A DNA stretch of 32,000 nucleotides, taken from the NCBI RefSeq assembly GCF_013282335.1, contig NZ_CP043406.1. One strand, given 5' to 3'. Below, piece by piece: positions 1 through 10,900 of the stretch (position 1 is the stretch's first letter; each line of letters begins with the position of its first letter). The translations under genes and the position numbers were made by a program. The stretch is from Escherichia coli (GTDB lineage Bacteria; Pseudomonadota; Gammaproteobacteria; Enterobacterales; Enterobacteriaceae). The notes under the pieces were generated by a model that ran no database searches, was not told the DNA's origin, and worked only from the letters and a program-made list of their open reading frames with translations.

Positions 1-72
1 GTTACACCGTGAGACGTGCTACGCCTGTCAGGCCTATTCGACTCCTGCAATGTATTGAATTTGCATAGTTTT

Positions 73-112
73 GTAGGTCGAATAAGGCGTTCACGCCGCA
101 TCCGGCGTGAAC
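73..112. repeat. REP (repetitive extragenic palindromic) element downstream of nadE
   Basis: gtaggtcgaataaggcgttcacgccgcatccggc closely matches the E. coli REP consensus GTAGGCCGGATAAGGCGTTCACGCCGCATCCGGC. It has an internal stem gttcacgcc / ggcgtgaac. A degenerate second copy (gcctgtcaggcctat, about 22-36) may make this a BIME. Confidence 0.75.
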
Positions 113-151
113 AAAGTACTCTTTTTCGCACAAACCAATATGTGCAAATTA

Positions 152-979
152 TTACTTTTTCCAGAAATCATCGAAAACGGTAATTGGCGGACGGCGTTTA
201 TGTTCGGTTTTCAGATACCAGTTCTCTATTGTTCTGGCGACCTGTTCAGGTAGGTTTTTCCCTTCCAGATAGTCGTCGATATTGTCATAGGTCACGCCGA
301 GTGCCACTTCATCTGGCAGAGAAGGGCGATCATCTTCCAGATCGGCCGTTGGGGCTTTCTTATAAAGGTGTTCCGGGCAACCTAATGCCGCCAGTAACTG
401 TTTACCCTGGCGTTTGTTGAGACGATACAGCGGATTAATATCCGTACCGCCGTCACCATATTTAGTGAAGAATCCGGTAATGGCTTCTGCTGCATGATCG
501 GTGCCCACCACGACACCGCTGGTCATACCCGCAATGCTATATTGTGCTTTCATCCGCTCACGCGCTTTTTCATTGCCACGAACAAAATCGCTCAGTTCAA
601 TGCCCGCTTCGCGCAGCGCCTGTTCGCTGGCCAATACCGCGCCCTTGATATTAACGGTTAATACGCGATCCGGTTGAATAAAGGCAATGGCATCCTGGCA
701 ATCTTGTTCGTCAGCCTGAACACCATAGGGCAGGCGTACGGCAATAAATTGCAGTGATTCGTTGCCAGTTTCCTGGCGCAGCTCATTAATCGCCATCTGG
801 CACAGCTTTCCGGCAAGCGTGGAGTCCTGACCGCCGCTGATCCCTAGCACCAGTGATTTAATGAACGGATAAGTTTGCAGGTAGCTTTTCAGAAAATCGA
901 CACTACGACGAATTTCCTCTTCAGCATTAATCTGCGGTTTTGCGCCCAGCGCCTTTATTATTTGTTGTTGCAATGTCAT
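152..979 (-). CDS. nadE: NH3-dependent NAD+ synthetase
   Basis: The 275-aa ORF is recognised as E. coli NadE. The PP-loop motif SGGQDS ([10 protein letters not shown]) is present and the full length matches. Confidence 0.97.
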   Translation of the reverse strand: MTLQQQIIKALGAKPQINAEEEIRRSVDFLKSYLQTYPFIKSLVLGISGGQDSTLAGKLCQMAINELRQETGNESLQFIAVRLPYGVQADEQDCQDAIAFIQPDRVLTVNIKGAVLASEQALREAGIELSDFVRGNEKARERMKAQYSIAGMTSGVVVGTDHAAEAITGFFTKYGDGGTDINPLYRLNKRQGKQLLAALGCPEHLYKKAPTADLEDDRPSLPDEVALGVTYDNIDDYLEGKNLPEQVARTIENWYLKTEHKRRPPITVFDDFWKK

Positions 980-1180
980 TGAACCCCTCCAGACAGAAAA
1001 GACAAAACTTCCTTAAAGCTAACCCGTTGCTACTGAAACGACAAGCGACAGCGGGCTGAATGGTGGTTAAAACGTCATACAGGAATCCTCTGAAAGCGGA
1101 GCCGTTTCGTTCACGGGCTTGAAAAAGCGCCCAATGTATTCCAGGCTTATCTAACACGCTGATAAACAAGAGGACGGAAT

Positions 1181-1519
1181 ATGAACAAGAATATGGCAGG
1201 AATTCTGAGTGCAGCGGCGGTATTAACCATGCTGGCGGGTTGTACGGCTTATGATCGTACCAAAGACCAGTTTGTACAGCCTGTGGTGAAAGACGTCAAA
1301 AAAGGCATGAGCCGGGCGCAGGTTGCACAAATTGCGGGTAAACCTTCGTCTGAAGTGAGCATGATCCATGCTCGTGGTACTTGCCAGACCTACATCCTGG
1401 GTCAACGTGATGGTAAAGCAGAAACCTACTTTGTCGCGTTAGATGATACCGGACATGTCATCAACTCCGGTTATCAGACCTGTGCTGAATACGACACTGA
1501 TCCACAGGCTGCGAAGTAA
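1181..1519 (+). CDS. osmE: osmotically inducible lipoprotein OsmE
   Basis: The 112-aa ORF is recognised as OsmE. It has a signal peptide with lipobox LAGC and an SD gaggacgg upstream of the ATG. Confidence 0.95.
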
Positions 1520-1550
1520 TCACTTCGCCTGAAAGCTTGAGTTACAACGG

Positions 1551-1578
1551 AAACCGGCCATTGCGCCGGTTTTTTTTG
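1551..1578 (+). terminator. intrinsic terminator of osmE
   Basis: Hairpin aaaccggc-cattgc-gccggttt followed by a run of T residues, about 30 nt after the osmE stop. Confidence 0.85.
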
Positions 1579-1588
1579 GCCTGAGTTC

Positions 1589-1611
1589 TTAATTATCTTC
1601 GCGAATTATTT
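1589..1611. promoter_or_regulatory. candidate NagC operator of the chb promoter
   Basis: AT-rich arms flank the central palindrome ttcgcgaa (1598-1605) within ttaattatcttcgcgaattattt. This is the NagC/Mlc-type architecture. The chb promoter is known to be NagC-repressed. The exact boundaries are not verified. Confidence 0.4.
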
Positions 1612-1613
1612 GC

Positions 1614-1635
1614 CCGAAATGTGAAGAGGGTCATA
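1614..1635. promoter_or_regulatory. CRP (CAP) binding site of the chb promoter
   Basis: TGTGA-agaggg-TCATA (1619-1634) matches TGTGA-N6-TCACA at 9 of 10 positions. The chbBCARFG promoter is known to be CRP-dependent. The core promoter must lie between here and 1817. Confidence 0.55.
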
Positions 1636-1817
1636 ACCGCAGGTCAAGGAGAGACAATTTATAAGGTCAAAGAAATACTATTGCTCAGGTCTATACCGTA
1701 TACTCCTTTCAGCCACAAAAAAAGTCATGTTGGTTTCGCAAGTTACCCAGAGCATGGAAGCAGGTTAAGGCTTGCGGAGTGTCTGGCTGACAGATAATCG
1801 TCGATGAGGGCAGTTTT

Positions 1818-2138
1818 ATGGAAAAGAAACACATTTATCTGTTTTGTTCTGCGGGCATGTCTACCTCTTTACTGGTATCAAAAATGCGCGCACAGGCAGA
1901 AAAATATGAAGTTCCGGTCATTATTGAAGCATTTCCGGAAACACTGGCTGGTGAAAAAGGTCAGAATGCCGATGTCGTGTTATTAGGGCCGCAGATTGCT
2001 TATATGTTGCCCGAAATCCAGCGTTTGTTACCCAACAAACCGGTTGAAGTAATTGACTCGCTGCTTTATGGCAAAGTCGATGGTTTAGGCGTGCTTAAGG
2101 CTGCGGTTGCAGCGATTAAAAAAGCCGCAGCAAATTAA
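1818..2138 (+). CDS. chbB: PTS chitobiose-specific EIIB component
   Basis: The 106-aa ORF is recognised as ChbB(CelA). The active-site Cys lies in the N-terminal [10 protein letters not shown] motif. Confidence 0.96.
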   Translation: MEKKHIYLFCSAGMSTSLLVSKMRAQAEKYEVPVIIEAFPETLAGEKGQNADVVLLGPQIAYMLPEIQRLLPNKPVEVIDSLLYGKVDGLGVLKAAVAAIKKAAAN

Positions 2139-2153
2139 TTTATTTTAAATTTT

Positions 2154-2165
2154 CCCGTCAAAGAG
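2154..2165 (+). promoter_or_regulatory. ChiX (MicM) sRNA pairing site (decoy/trap) in the chbB-chbC spacer
   Basis: cccgtcaaagag is the exact complement of the ChiX segment CUCUUUGACGGG as I recall that sRNA. The chbBC intercistronic region is the published ChiX anti-sRNA trap. Confidence 0.7.
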
Positions 2166-2222
2166 TTATTTCATAAATCAATACCGTAATATTTAAATTG
2201 CGGTTTTTAAGGGTATTTTTCT

Positions 2223-3581
2223 ATGAGTAATGTTATTGCATCGCTTGAAAAGGTACTCCTCCCTTTTGCAGTTAAAATAGGAAAGCAGCCACACGTTAAT
2301 GCAATCAAAAATGGCTTTATTCGCTTAATGCCGTTAACCCTTGCGGGGGCCATGTTTGTATTAATTAACAACGTTTTTCTAAGCTTTGGGGAGGGGTCGT
2401 TTTTTTATTCCTTAGGTATTCGCCTGGATGCCTCAACCATTGAAACACTTAATGGTCTGAAAGGTATTGGCGGCAACGTATATAACGGAACATTAGGGAT
2501 AATGTCTTTAATGGCACCGTTCTTTATTGGCATGGCGCTGGCAGAAGAGCGTAAAGTCGATGCGCTGGCGGCTGGGTTGTTATCCGTTGCAGCATTTATG
2601 ACCGTCACCCCATACAGTGTCGGTGAGGCCTATGCGGTTGGCGCAAACTGGTTAGGTGGGGCGAATATCATCTCCGGGATTATTATTGGCCTGGTGGTGG
2701 CAGAAATGTTTACCTTTATTGTCCGCCGCAATTGGGTCATTAAATTGCCCGATAGCGTACCTGCTTCAGTATCGCGTTCCTTCTCGGCTTTAATTCCCGG
2801 CTTTATTATTCTTTCCGTGATGGGGATTATTGCCTGGGCGTTGAATACCTGGGGCACCAACTTCCATCAGATCATTATGGATACCATCTCAACCCCACTG
2901 GCATCGTTGGGTAGCGTGGTGGGCTGGGCCTATGTGATCTTTGTTCCACTGCTCTGGTTCTTCGGTATTCATGGTGCGCTGGCGCTGACCGCACTGGACA
3001 ACGGCATTATGACGCCTTGGGCGCTGGAAAATATCGCGACCTATCAGCAATATGGTTCCGTCGAAGCGGCGCTGGCAGCCGGTAAGACCTTCCATATCTG
3101 GGCCAAGCCGATGCTGGACTCCTTTATTTTCCTTGGGGGCAGTGGTGCGACTTTAGGTCTGATCCTGGCTATCTTTATCGCCTCTCGCCGTGCTGATTAT
3201 CGTCAGGTGGCAAAACTGGCGCTGCCGTCCGGCATCTTCCAGATTAACGAACCGATTCTGTTTGGTCTGCCAATTATCATGAACCCGGTGATGTTTATCC
3301 CGTTTGTACTGGTACAACCGATTCTGGCGGCAATCACCCTGGCAGCGTACTACATGGGCATTATTCCTCCGGTGACCAATATTGCACCGTGGACCATGCC
3401 AACCGGTCTGGGAGCCTTCTTTAACACCAACGGTAGCGTCGCCGCATTGCTGGTCGCACTCTTCAACCTTGGTATCGCAACGTTAATTTATCTGCCCTTT
3501 GTTGTGGTGGCTAACAAAGCACAAAATGCGATTGATAAAGAAGAGAGCGAAGAAGATATCGCTAACGCCCTGAAATTTTAA
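2223..3581 (+). CDS. chbC: PTS chitobiose-specific EIIC permease
   Basis: The 452-aa polytopic membrane ORF is recognised as ChbC(CelB), lactose/cellobiose EIIC family. Confidence 0.96.
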
Positions 3582-3631
3582 TCGATGCCGGTACGGGTAA
3601 TCGTGCCGGTAAGAATAGAGAGGAACGATGT

Positions 3632-3982
3632 ATGATGGATCTCGATAATATTCCCGATACGCAAACGGAAGCTGAAGAGCTGGAAGAAGTGGTGATGGGG
3701 CTTATCATCAACTCCGGACAAGCGCGCAGCCTGGCGTATGCGGCACTGAAACAGGCGAAGCAGGGCGATTTTGCCGCAGCAAAAGCCATGATGGATCAGT
3801 CACGGATAGCATTGAATGAAGCGCATCTGGTACAGACGAAACTGATTGAAGGCGATGCGGGCGAAGGTAAGATGAAAGTGAGTCTGGTGCTGGTCCACGC
3901 TCAGGATCATTTAATGACGTCCATGCTTGCGCGTGAACTGATTACCGAATTAATTGAGCTTCATGAAAAACTGAAGGCATAA
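3632..3982 (+). CDS. chbA: PTS chitobiose-specific EIIA component
   Basis: The 116-aa ORF is recognised as ChbA(CelC). It has an acidic N-terminal tail and a helical EIIA-Lac fold sequence with HAQDHLM. Confidence 0.95.
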   Translation: MMDLDNIPDTQTEAEELEEVVMGLIINSGQARSLAYAALKQAKQGDFAAAKAMMDQSRIALNEAHLVQTKLIEGDAGEGKMKVSLVLVHAQDHLMTSMLARELITELIELHEKLKA

Positions 3983-3989
3983 GGAGTCG

Positions 3990-4832
3990 ATGATGCAGCC
4001 AGTGATTAACGCGCCGGAAATTGCCACTGCCCGAGAACAGCAGTTGTTTAATGGCAAAAATTTCCATGTGTTTATCTATAACAAAACTGAGAGTATCAGC
4101 GGACTGCATCAGCACGACTATTATGAATTTACTCTGGTATTAACCGGGCGTTATTTCCAGGAGATTAACGGTAAGCGCGTGTTACTGGAACGGGGCGATT
4201 TTGTTTTTATTCCGTTAGGTTCGCACCATCAAAGTTTTTATGAGTTTGGTGCCACGCGCATATTGAACGTTGGGATCAGTAAACGCTTTTTTGAGCAGCA
4301 TTACCTGCCGTTGTTGCCTTATTGCTTTGTAGCTTCGCAGGTATACCGAACCAATAACGCTTTTCTCACCTATGTGGAAACAGTGATTTCTTCATTGAAT
4401 TTCCGCGAAACAGGGCTGGAAGAGTTTGTTGAGATGGTTACTTTTTATGTCATTAACCGTTTACGTCATTACCGCGAAGAACAGGTGATTGATGATGTAC
4501 CGCAGTGGCTGAAAAGTACGGTAGAAAAGATGCATGATAAAGAGCAGTTTAGTGAATCGGCGCTGGAGAATATGGTGACGTTGTCAGCCAAATCACAGGA
4601 ATATTTGACGCGAGCGACTCAACGATATTATGGCAAAACACCAATGCAGATTATTAATGAGATCCGTATTAATTTTGCCAAAAAACAACTGGAAATGACC
4701 AACTATTCCGTGACGGATATTGCGTTTGAGGCCGGTTATAGTAGCCCGAGTTTGTTTATTAAAACGTTTAAGAAATTAACGTCCTTTACGCCTAAGAGCT
4801 ATCGTAAGAAATTGACTGAATTTAATCAGTAA
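3990..4832 (+). CDS. chbR: AraC-family dual regulator of the chb operon
   Basis: The 280-aa ORF is recognised as ChbR(CelD). It has an N-terminal cupin-like sensing domain and a C-terminal AraC-type double HTH (ending ...[24 protein letters not shown]). Confidence 0.95.
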   Translation: MMQPVINAPEIATAREQQLFNGKNFHVFIYNKTESISGLHQHDYYEFTLVLTGRYFQEINGKRVLLERGDFVFIPLGSHHQSFYEFGATRILNVGISKRFFEQHYLPLLPYCFVASQVYRTNNAFLTYVETVISSLNFRETGLEEFVEMVTFYVINRLRHYREEQVIDDVPQWLKSTVEKMHDKEQFSESALENMVTLSAKSQEYLTRATQRYYGKTPMQIINEIRINFAKKQLEMTNYSVTDIAFEAGYSSPSLFIKTFKKLTSFTPKSYRKKLTEFNQ

Positions 4833-4936
4833 GTCGTTATACCTGACAATTCACATATCTGTCCTGTTGCTGGATTATTTATGTCCGGGGGGGCAGATAT
4901 GCCAGATATCAGTATTCTGTACTGAAGGGAGAAATT

Positions 4937-6289
4937 ATGAGCCAGAAATTAAAAGTCGTCACTATTGGTGGCGGGAGCAGCTATACCCCGGAGTTACTGG
5001 AAGGATTTATTAAGCGTTATCACGAATTGCCGGTCAGCGAATTATGGCTGGTGGATGTCGAAGGTGGTAAAGCTAAACTGGATATTATTTTTGATCTCTG
5101 CCAACGGATGATTGATAACGCTGGCGTCCCGATGAAGCTTTATAAAACGCTGGATCGCCGCGAAGCATTGAAAGATGCTGATTTCGTTACTACCCAACTG
5201 CGCGTAGGCCAATTACCGGCGCGCGAACTGGATGAACGTATTCCATTAAGTCATGGTTATCTTGGTCAGGAAACTAACGGCGCGGGCGGTCTGTTTAAAG
5301 GTCTGCGTACCATTCCGGTGATTTTTAACATCGTAAAAGATGTCGAAGAACTTTGTCCGAATGCATGGGTGATTAACTTCACTAACCCGGCGGGAATGGT
5401 CACTGAAGCCGTTTATCGTCATACCGGATTTAAAAGCTTTATCGGCGTGTGTAATATTCCGATCGGCATGAAGATGTTTATTCGCGATGTTCTGATGCTG
5501 AAAGACAGCGATGATTTATCTATCGATCTGTTCGGCCTCAACCATATGGTGTTCATTAAAGATGTGCTGGTAAATGGCAAATCACGCTTTGCCGAATTGC
5601 TTGATGGTGTGGCATCCGGGCAGTTAAAAGCATCTGGCGTTAAAAATATTTTCGATCTGCCATTTAGCGAAGGTTTAATTCGTTCTCTAAATCTGTTGCC
5701 GTGTTCTTATTTGCTTTATTACTTCAAGCAAAAAGAGATGCTGGCTATTGAAATGGGCGAATACTACAAAGGCGGCGCACGAGCACAGGTAGTACAGAAA
5801 GTCGAGAAACAACTTTTTGAGCTGTATAAAAACCCGGAGTTGAAAGTTAAGCCGAAAGAACTGGAACAGCGCGGTGGGGCTTATTACTCTGATGCAGCGT
5901 GCGAAGTGATCAACGCTATCTACAACGACAAGCAAGCTGAACATTACGTTAATATCCCGCATCATGGGCATATTGATAATATTCCGGCAGACTGGGCGGT
6001 AGAAATGACCTGTACGCTGGGGCGCGATGGCGCGACGCCACATCCGCGCATTACGCATTTCGATGATAAAGTGATGGGGCTGATTCACACCATTAAAGGC
6101 TTCGAGATTGCTGCCAGCAACGCTGCACTTAGCGGAGAATTTAACGATGTGTTACTGGCGCTAAACCTTAGTCCGTTGGTGCATTCCGATCGCGATGCTG
6201 AGCTGCTGGCACGCGAGATGATTCTGGCGCACGAGAAATGGCTGCCAAATTTTGCCGACTGCATCGCAGAGCTTAAAAAAGCACATTAA
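4937..6289 (+). CDS. chbF: 6-phospho-beta-glucosidase (GH4, NAD+/Mn2+ dependent)
   Basis: The 450-aa ORF is recognised as ChbF(CelF). It has the N-terminal Rossmann motif VTIGGGSSYTPEL, typical of glycoside hydrolase family 4. Confidence 0.96.
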   Translation: MSQKLKVVTIGGGSSYTPELLEGFIKRYHELPVSELWLVDVEGGKAKLDIIFDLCQRMIDNAGVPMKLYKTLDRREALKDADFVTTQLRVGQLPARELDERIPLSHGYLGQETNGAGGLFKGLRTIPVIFNIVKDVEELCPNAWVINFTNPAGMVTEAVYRHTGFKSFIGVCNIPIGMKMFIRDVLMLKDSDDLSIDLFGLNHMVFIKDVLVNGKSRFAELLDGVASGQLKASGVKNIFDLPFSEGLIRSLNLLPCSYLLYYFKQKEMLAIEMGEYYKGGARAQVVQKVEKQLFELYKNPELKVKPKELEQRGGAYYSDAACEVINAIYNDKQAEHYVNIPHHGHIDNIPADWAVEMTCTLGRDGATPHPRITHFDDKVMGLIHTIKGFEIAASNAALSGEFNDVLLALNLSPLVHSDRDAELLAREMILAHEKWLPNFADCIAELKKAH

Positions 6290-7051
<762 letters not shown>

Positions 7052-7060
7052 GTAAGGTGG

Positions 7061-7090
7061 TAAGGTCACTCCCCAGGGGGCGTGACCTTA
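7061..7090. terminator. shared hairpin between convergent chbG and katE
   Basis: Long, nearly perfect hairpin taaggtcac-t-cccc-a-gggg-gc-gtgacctta, lying between the chbG stop (7051) and the katE stop (7098). Confidence 0.65.
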
Positions 7091-7097
7091 TCCATAT

Positions 7098-9359
7098 TTA
7101 CGCCGGAATTTTGTCAATCTTAGGAATGCGTGACCACATGCGGTGTGCTGCCATCAGCGTTAACAGTTCATCCATAAAACTACCATCGGCGCTGTCAGCT
7201 TCCACAATCCCTTCTTCACCCTGGTCAGCGACCTTGATTGTTGCTTTAAACTTGCGCGCGTCTCCCGCCAGCGCAATCGGTTTAAGGTGTTTGTAGGCTT
7301 CCATCAGGTAGTAGTTGGCATCGCCGTTGTCAGCGATATCCGCGATATTGCCGCAAGGGACAATAACCGCATCGACCGTCAGCGAAGGTGCACCGGCAAA
7401 GGTAGCGGCTATAGGCAACACCGTACCGTCATCCGCAGTCACTTCACCCATTCGGGAGTAGAGCAGTTTGGCATGAACGCCTTTGGCCTTCAGCGCCTTG
7501 AGAATGGCCAGAAGGTCTGCCGATCTCACTTCATCATTAAGTAAAATCGCTACCACGCGACCTTTCACATCACCGTCAGGAATGGCGTACAAACTTAAGG
7601 ATGGATCCTTTTTCAGACCGTTGACGTCCGGAGGCGGGGTGATATTCAGCTGGTCGTCCGTCAGCTCGATACCGAGATTTTTCGCCACCGCCTGGGCCAG
7701 AGTGAGATCAATATGCGCCAGCTGGTCAACAACGCGCTCACGAATATACGGACGAACTACTTTGCTTAACTCAAAACTGAAACCATCGACAATATGGCGC
7801 TGCTCGAATGGCGTCTGACTTAGCCAGAACAGACGCGGATGGGAATAATATTCGCCAAACGATGGACTGCGCTCGCGAACTTTATTTCCTTCCACGCGTT
7901 CCTGGTATGATTCAAAACCGCCACGTTTCGGCCCCGGCGGTGTTTCGCGCGGCCAGTTATCGTTGATCGAGTTCGGTTCATAATTCGCCGGGTTAGTGTC
8001 GATCCCCATACGATGCATGCCGTCACGCTGGAAATTATGGTAAGGGCAGGTCGGGCGGTTAATCGGAATCTCATGGAAATTCGGCCCACCAAGACGACTG
8101 ATTTGTGTATCGGTATAGGAGAACAAACGTCCCTGCAACAGGGGATCGTTGGTGAAGTCCAGACCAGGAACAATATGACCTGGATGGAATGCTGCTTGTT
8201 CGTTTTCGGCAAAGAAGTTATCCGGATTGCGATTGAGCATCATTTTGCCAACACGCTGAACGGGTACCAGTTCTTCCGGGATGAGTTTGGTTGGATCGAG
8301 AAGATCGAAGTCAAACTTGAATTCATCTTCTTCAGGAATCAACTGGAAGCCCAGTTCGTATTCCGGAAAATCGCCTGCTTCGATGGCTTCCCACAACTCG
8401 CGGCGGTGGAAGTCCGGGTCACGTCCGGTTAGTTTTTGTGCTTCATCCCAAACGAGTGAGGCTTTACCTGCCAGTGGTTTCCAGTGGAAACGTACGAACG
8501 TTGCCTTCCCTTCGGCATTAATCAGGCGGAAGGTGTGAATACCGAAGCCTTCCATGGTGCGGTAACTGCGTGGGATCCCGCGATCCGACATCGCCCACAT
8601 CACGTTGTGCAGAGTTTCAGGTTGCAGAGAAACATAATCCCAGAAAGTATCGTGGGCGCTTTGCCCTTGTGGGATTGCCCAGTGCGGTTCTGGTTTTACC
8701 GCATGAACAAAATCGGGGAATTTATGCGCATCCTGGATAAAGAAGATTGGCGTGTTATTGCCAACGAGGTCAAAAATACCCTCTTCGGTATAGAACTTGG
8801 TGGCAAAGCCACGGATATCACGCACGGTATCGGCAGAGCCAGCACCACCCTGAACGGTAGAGAACCTAACAAATACTGGGGTGATTTTGTTCGGATCTGA
8901 GAGGAAATCCGCTTTGGTGATATCGCTTAAGCTTTTATATGGCTGGAAATAACCGTGAGCTGCTGATCCACGTGCATGAACAATACGTTCCGGGATGCGC
9001 TCATGGTCAAAGTGGGTGATTTTCTCGCGCAGAATAAAATCTTCCAGCAGCGTTGGACCACGGCTACCGGCACGCAGTGAGTTTTGATCGTCGGCGATGC
9101 GCACGCCCTGATTAGTGGTCAGCGCATAATTTTCACTGCCTTTGCGTACGTCTTCCAGAGAATTAAGTTTTTCGTTACGCGTATCAGGGGCTTTCAGGCT
9201 CCCTGGGGCGGTAGGTTGTGCACCTGGCGGTGTCGGTTCAGCCGCTGGACGATGAGATCCGTCCTCAGGTGCCAGTGAGTCCATCCCCGGTTTCGCTTCG
9301 CTGGAATCGTGTTGTGGTGACTGGTGCTGATGTGGGTTCTTTTCGTTATGTTGCGACAT
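7098..9359 (-). CDS. katE: catalase HPII (large-subunit monofunctional catalase)
   Basis: The 753-aa ORF is recognised as KatE. It has the distal His motif [16 protein letters not shown], the proximal Tyr motif RLFSYTDTQ and the C-terminal flavodoxin-like extension typical of HPII. Confidence 0.98.
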   Translation of the reverse strand: MSQHNEKNPHQHQSPQHDSSEAKPGMDSLAPEDGSHRPAAEPTPPGAQPTAPGSLKAPDTRNEKLNSLEDVRKGSENYALTTNQGVRIADDQNSLRAGSRGPTLLEDFILREKITHFDHERIPERIVHARGSAAHGYFQPYKSLSDITKADFLSDPNKITPVFVRFSTVQGGAGSADTVRDIRGFATKFYTEEGIFDLVGNNTPIFFIQDAHKFPDFVHAVKPEPHWAIPQGQSAHDTFWDYVSLQPETLHNVMWAMSDRGIPRSYRTMEGFGIHTFRLINAEGKATFVRFHWKPLAGKASLVWDEAQKLTGRDPDFHRRELWEAIEAGDFPEYELGFQLIPEEDEFKFDFDLLDPTKLIPEELVPVQRVGKMMLNRNPDNFFAENEQAAFHPGHIVPGLDFTNDPLLQGRLFSYTDTQISRLGGPNFHEIPINRPTCPYHNFQRDGMHRMGIDTNPANYEPNSINDNWPRETPPGPKRGGFESYQERVEGNKVRERSPSFGEYYSHPRLFWLSQTPFEQRHIVDGFSFELSKVVRPYIRERVVDQLAHIDLTLAQAVAKNLGIELTDDQLNITPPPDVNGLKKDPSLSLYAIPDGDVKGRVVAILLNDEVRSADLLAILKALKAKGVHAKLLYSRMGEVTADDGTVLPIAATFAGAPSLTVDAVIVPCGNIADIADNGDANYYLMEAYKHLKPIALAGDARKFKATIKVADQGEEGIVEADSADGSFMDELLTLMAAHRMWSRIPKIDKIPA

Positions 9360-9419
9360 TGAACTCGTCTCCTTAATTTATTACTGAAAGGGCCGCTGTT
9401 TTGGTCAAAAAACTCTCTA

Positions 9420-9425
9420 ACTATA
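9420..9425 (-). promoter_or_regulatory. candidate sigma-S type -10 element of katE
   Basis: The minus strand reads gtCTATAGTtag, a TATAGT hexamer preceded by C as in RpoS-dependent promoters. It lies about 60 nt upstream of the katE ATG. katE is a classical RpoS regulon member. The TSS is not verifiable here. Confidence 0.3.
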
Positions 9426-9562
9426 GACCACCAGCCAGATCCCGCTTCGGAGGCTATTCTGGAAACGGTGTTATGAAATACACGCAAAGCGGGACGTACA
9501 GGGGCTAAATCGGCTAAACTACAGTTTTTCTGATTTTTAATATGCGTTTAGTGAAGCCAGTA

Positions 9563-9805
9563 ATGAAGAAACCGCTCCGCCAGCAAAACCGCCAGATTAT
9601 TAGCTATGTCCCACGCACGGAACCCGCGCCGCCAGAACATGCGATAAAGATGGATTCGTTTCGTGATGTCTGGATGCTGCGTGGCAAATATGTTGCGTTT
9701 GTACTGATGGGAGAGTCATTTCTGCGCTCACCGGCGTTTACTGTGCCTGAATCCGCCCAGCGTTGGGCAAATCAGATCCGCCAGGAAGGGGAAGTGACTG
9801 AGTAA
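9563..9805 (+). CDS. cedA: cell division modulator CedA
   Basis: Recognised as CedA (MKKPLRQQNRQIISYVPRTEP...). I recall an 80-aa product, hence the start at 9563. The frame is also open from an ATG at 9542, which would give 87 aa. Confidence 0.88.
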   Translation: MKKPLRQQNRQIISYVPRTEPAPPEHAIKMDSFRDVWMLRGKYVAFVLMGESFLRSPAFTVPESAQRWANQIRQEGEVTE

Positions 9806-9816
9806 AGATTACGTAC

Positions 9817-9835
9817 CTCCCGGTTTTGCCGGGAG
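9817..9835 (+). terminator. hairpin immediately downstream of cedA
   Basis: Stem ctcccgg / ccgggag with loop ttttg, 12 nt after the cedA stop. It lacks a clear U tract, so terminator function is uncertain. Confidence 0.4.
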
Positions 9836-9982
9836 TTACATGGCCTGAAATTCTGTATTTCATTGCTACATTCATTCAAACCACCTGTAACAAAAAGCTG
9901 CCTTTGACGATCTATTGCTATAAATAAGTGATCTTTTTTCTTTAATTGTTTATTTATTTTATAATAGTTAAGTTTAGCTAAT

Positions 9983-10013
9983 CAGGATGAGCTATTTTTG
10001 ATAGTTCATCCTG
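9983..10013. repeat. inverted repeat in the AT-rich ydjO upstream region
   Basis: caggatgagcta (9983-9994) and tagttcatcctg (10002-10013) are reverse complements with one mismatch, separated by tttttga. This could be a protein-binding palindrome or an RNA hairpin. Confidence 0.5.
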
Positions 10014-10093
10014 TGGCGTTGCCATTAAACTTATATTGTAAATTGCTTAGATTCAAATGAGATAATAATTTTGTTGATAATATGAGGTGGGAG

Positions 10094-10897
10094 ATGTTTT
10101 CTACAAACTTAATACAGAGTGATTATGGTAATTTAAATATTAAAAACCTTGCCTTCGACTCTTTTAAAGAAAGACTGCAGTCTACCATGACAGCACTCAC
10201 TTTCTTTATATCAACGGGTCAATGTGCCTGCGATGAAATAGCAGAATCAAACTTCAATTATATGATTGCCTATATGTCTAACATTAACTATGATGCCTCA
10301 AAGCCAGGAGCGCCAGCACTTAGTTTTGATACATATCTGCAGGACAATGTTAAATATAGAGTGATAATTAATAATCTTTATGGTAGTGAAATTAGGATAA
10401 GAGGTATTAATGAGAATTTTGTTGGGATGGATTTTACTTGTGAATTCCGACCAGAAAAAATGACCAATTTGATCAATATAAAAAACAGGTTGGTTATTCA
10501 CTATTTAAAAACGATATACTATGAACAAAATTATATACATCCTGTTGGGAGCATTTTTGCTGCGATTCAAAAAAATGAGAGTCTCCTAAAGTTTCCTTCG
10601 GTAATATCAATACTTAATGTCAATCTTCTTTTTAATCCACTGAATCTTCCGGGAATGGGAAGTGGTGTGCTTGAAGAGATTATGAGTATTTCAGATAGTT
10701 CACTTAGAAAACGTCTTGGGTATGAGGTTTTAAGCTTTTCGCTACAGGCACATTCATTGAGTCAGGAATGTATCGATAAGTTAGCCATTTTTTTCGCTGA
10801 CGATCTGTTTAAATATGAGTCAGTATGCATCGCCGCGATGGAACATTTAAAAAGTAAGGCAACGGCTCCTATACAAAACGGACCGTTGCCAGCATAA
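10094..10897 (+). CDS. ydjO: uncharacterised protein YdjO (orphan, AT-rich)
   Basis: Recognised as E. coli YdjO (MFSTNLIQSDYGNLNIKNLAFD...). I prefer the start at 10094 because GAGGTGG (10084-10090) is a good SD for it. The ATG at 10082 has no SD. There is no signal peptide, TM segment or motif I recognise. Confidence 0.85.
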   Translation: MFSTNLIQSDYGNLNIKNLAFDSFKERLQSTMTALTFFISTGQCACDEIAESNFNYMIAYMSNINYDASKPGAPALSFDTYLQDNVKYRVIINNLYGSEIRIRGINENFVGMDFTCEFRPEKMTNLINIKNRLVIHYLKTIYYEQNYIHPVGSIFAAIQKNESLLKFPSVISILNVNLLFNPLNLPGMGSGVLEEIMSISDSSLRKRLGYEVLSFSLQAHSLSQECIDKLAIFFADDLFKYESVCIAAMEHLKSKATAPIQNGPLPA

Positions 10898-10900
10898 GAA

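Noticed and set aside
927-1169. 80-aa minus-strand ORF covering the nadE-osmE divergent promoter region
   Set aside because: It overlaps the nadE 5' end out of frame and lies in promoter DNA. There are no translation signals and the sequence is not recognisable.
7287-9278. A series of plus-strand ORFs of 64-139 aa inside katE (for example 8013-8432 and 8484-8900), and the minus-strand out-of-frame ORF at 7820-8212
   Set aside because: All are nested in the 753-aa katE coding region, whose catalase identity is unambiguous. None has independent translation signals or recognisable sequence.
9542-9562. N-terminal extensions offered by the ORF track for cedA (9542), ydjO (10082), ydjM (13027), pfkB (16859), rpmI (23205) and pheS (24120)
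   Set aside because: In each case the downstream start matches the protein N terminus I recognise. It also has the better-placed SD or the canonical ATG, whereas the ydjM and rpmI extensions begin at GTG. The extensions add 1-7 residues with no support.
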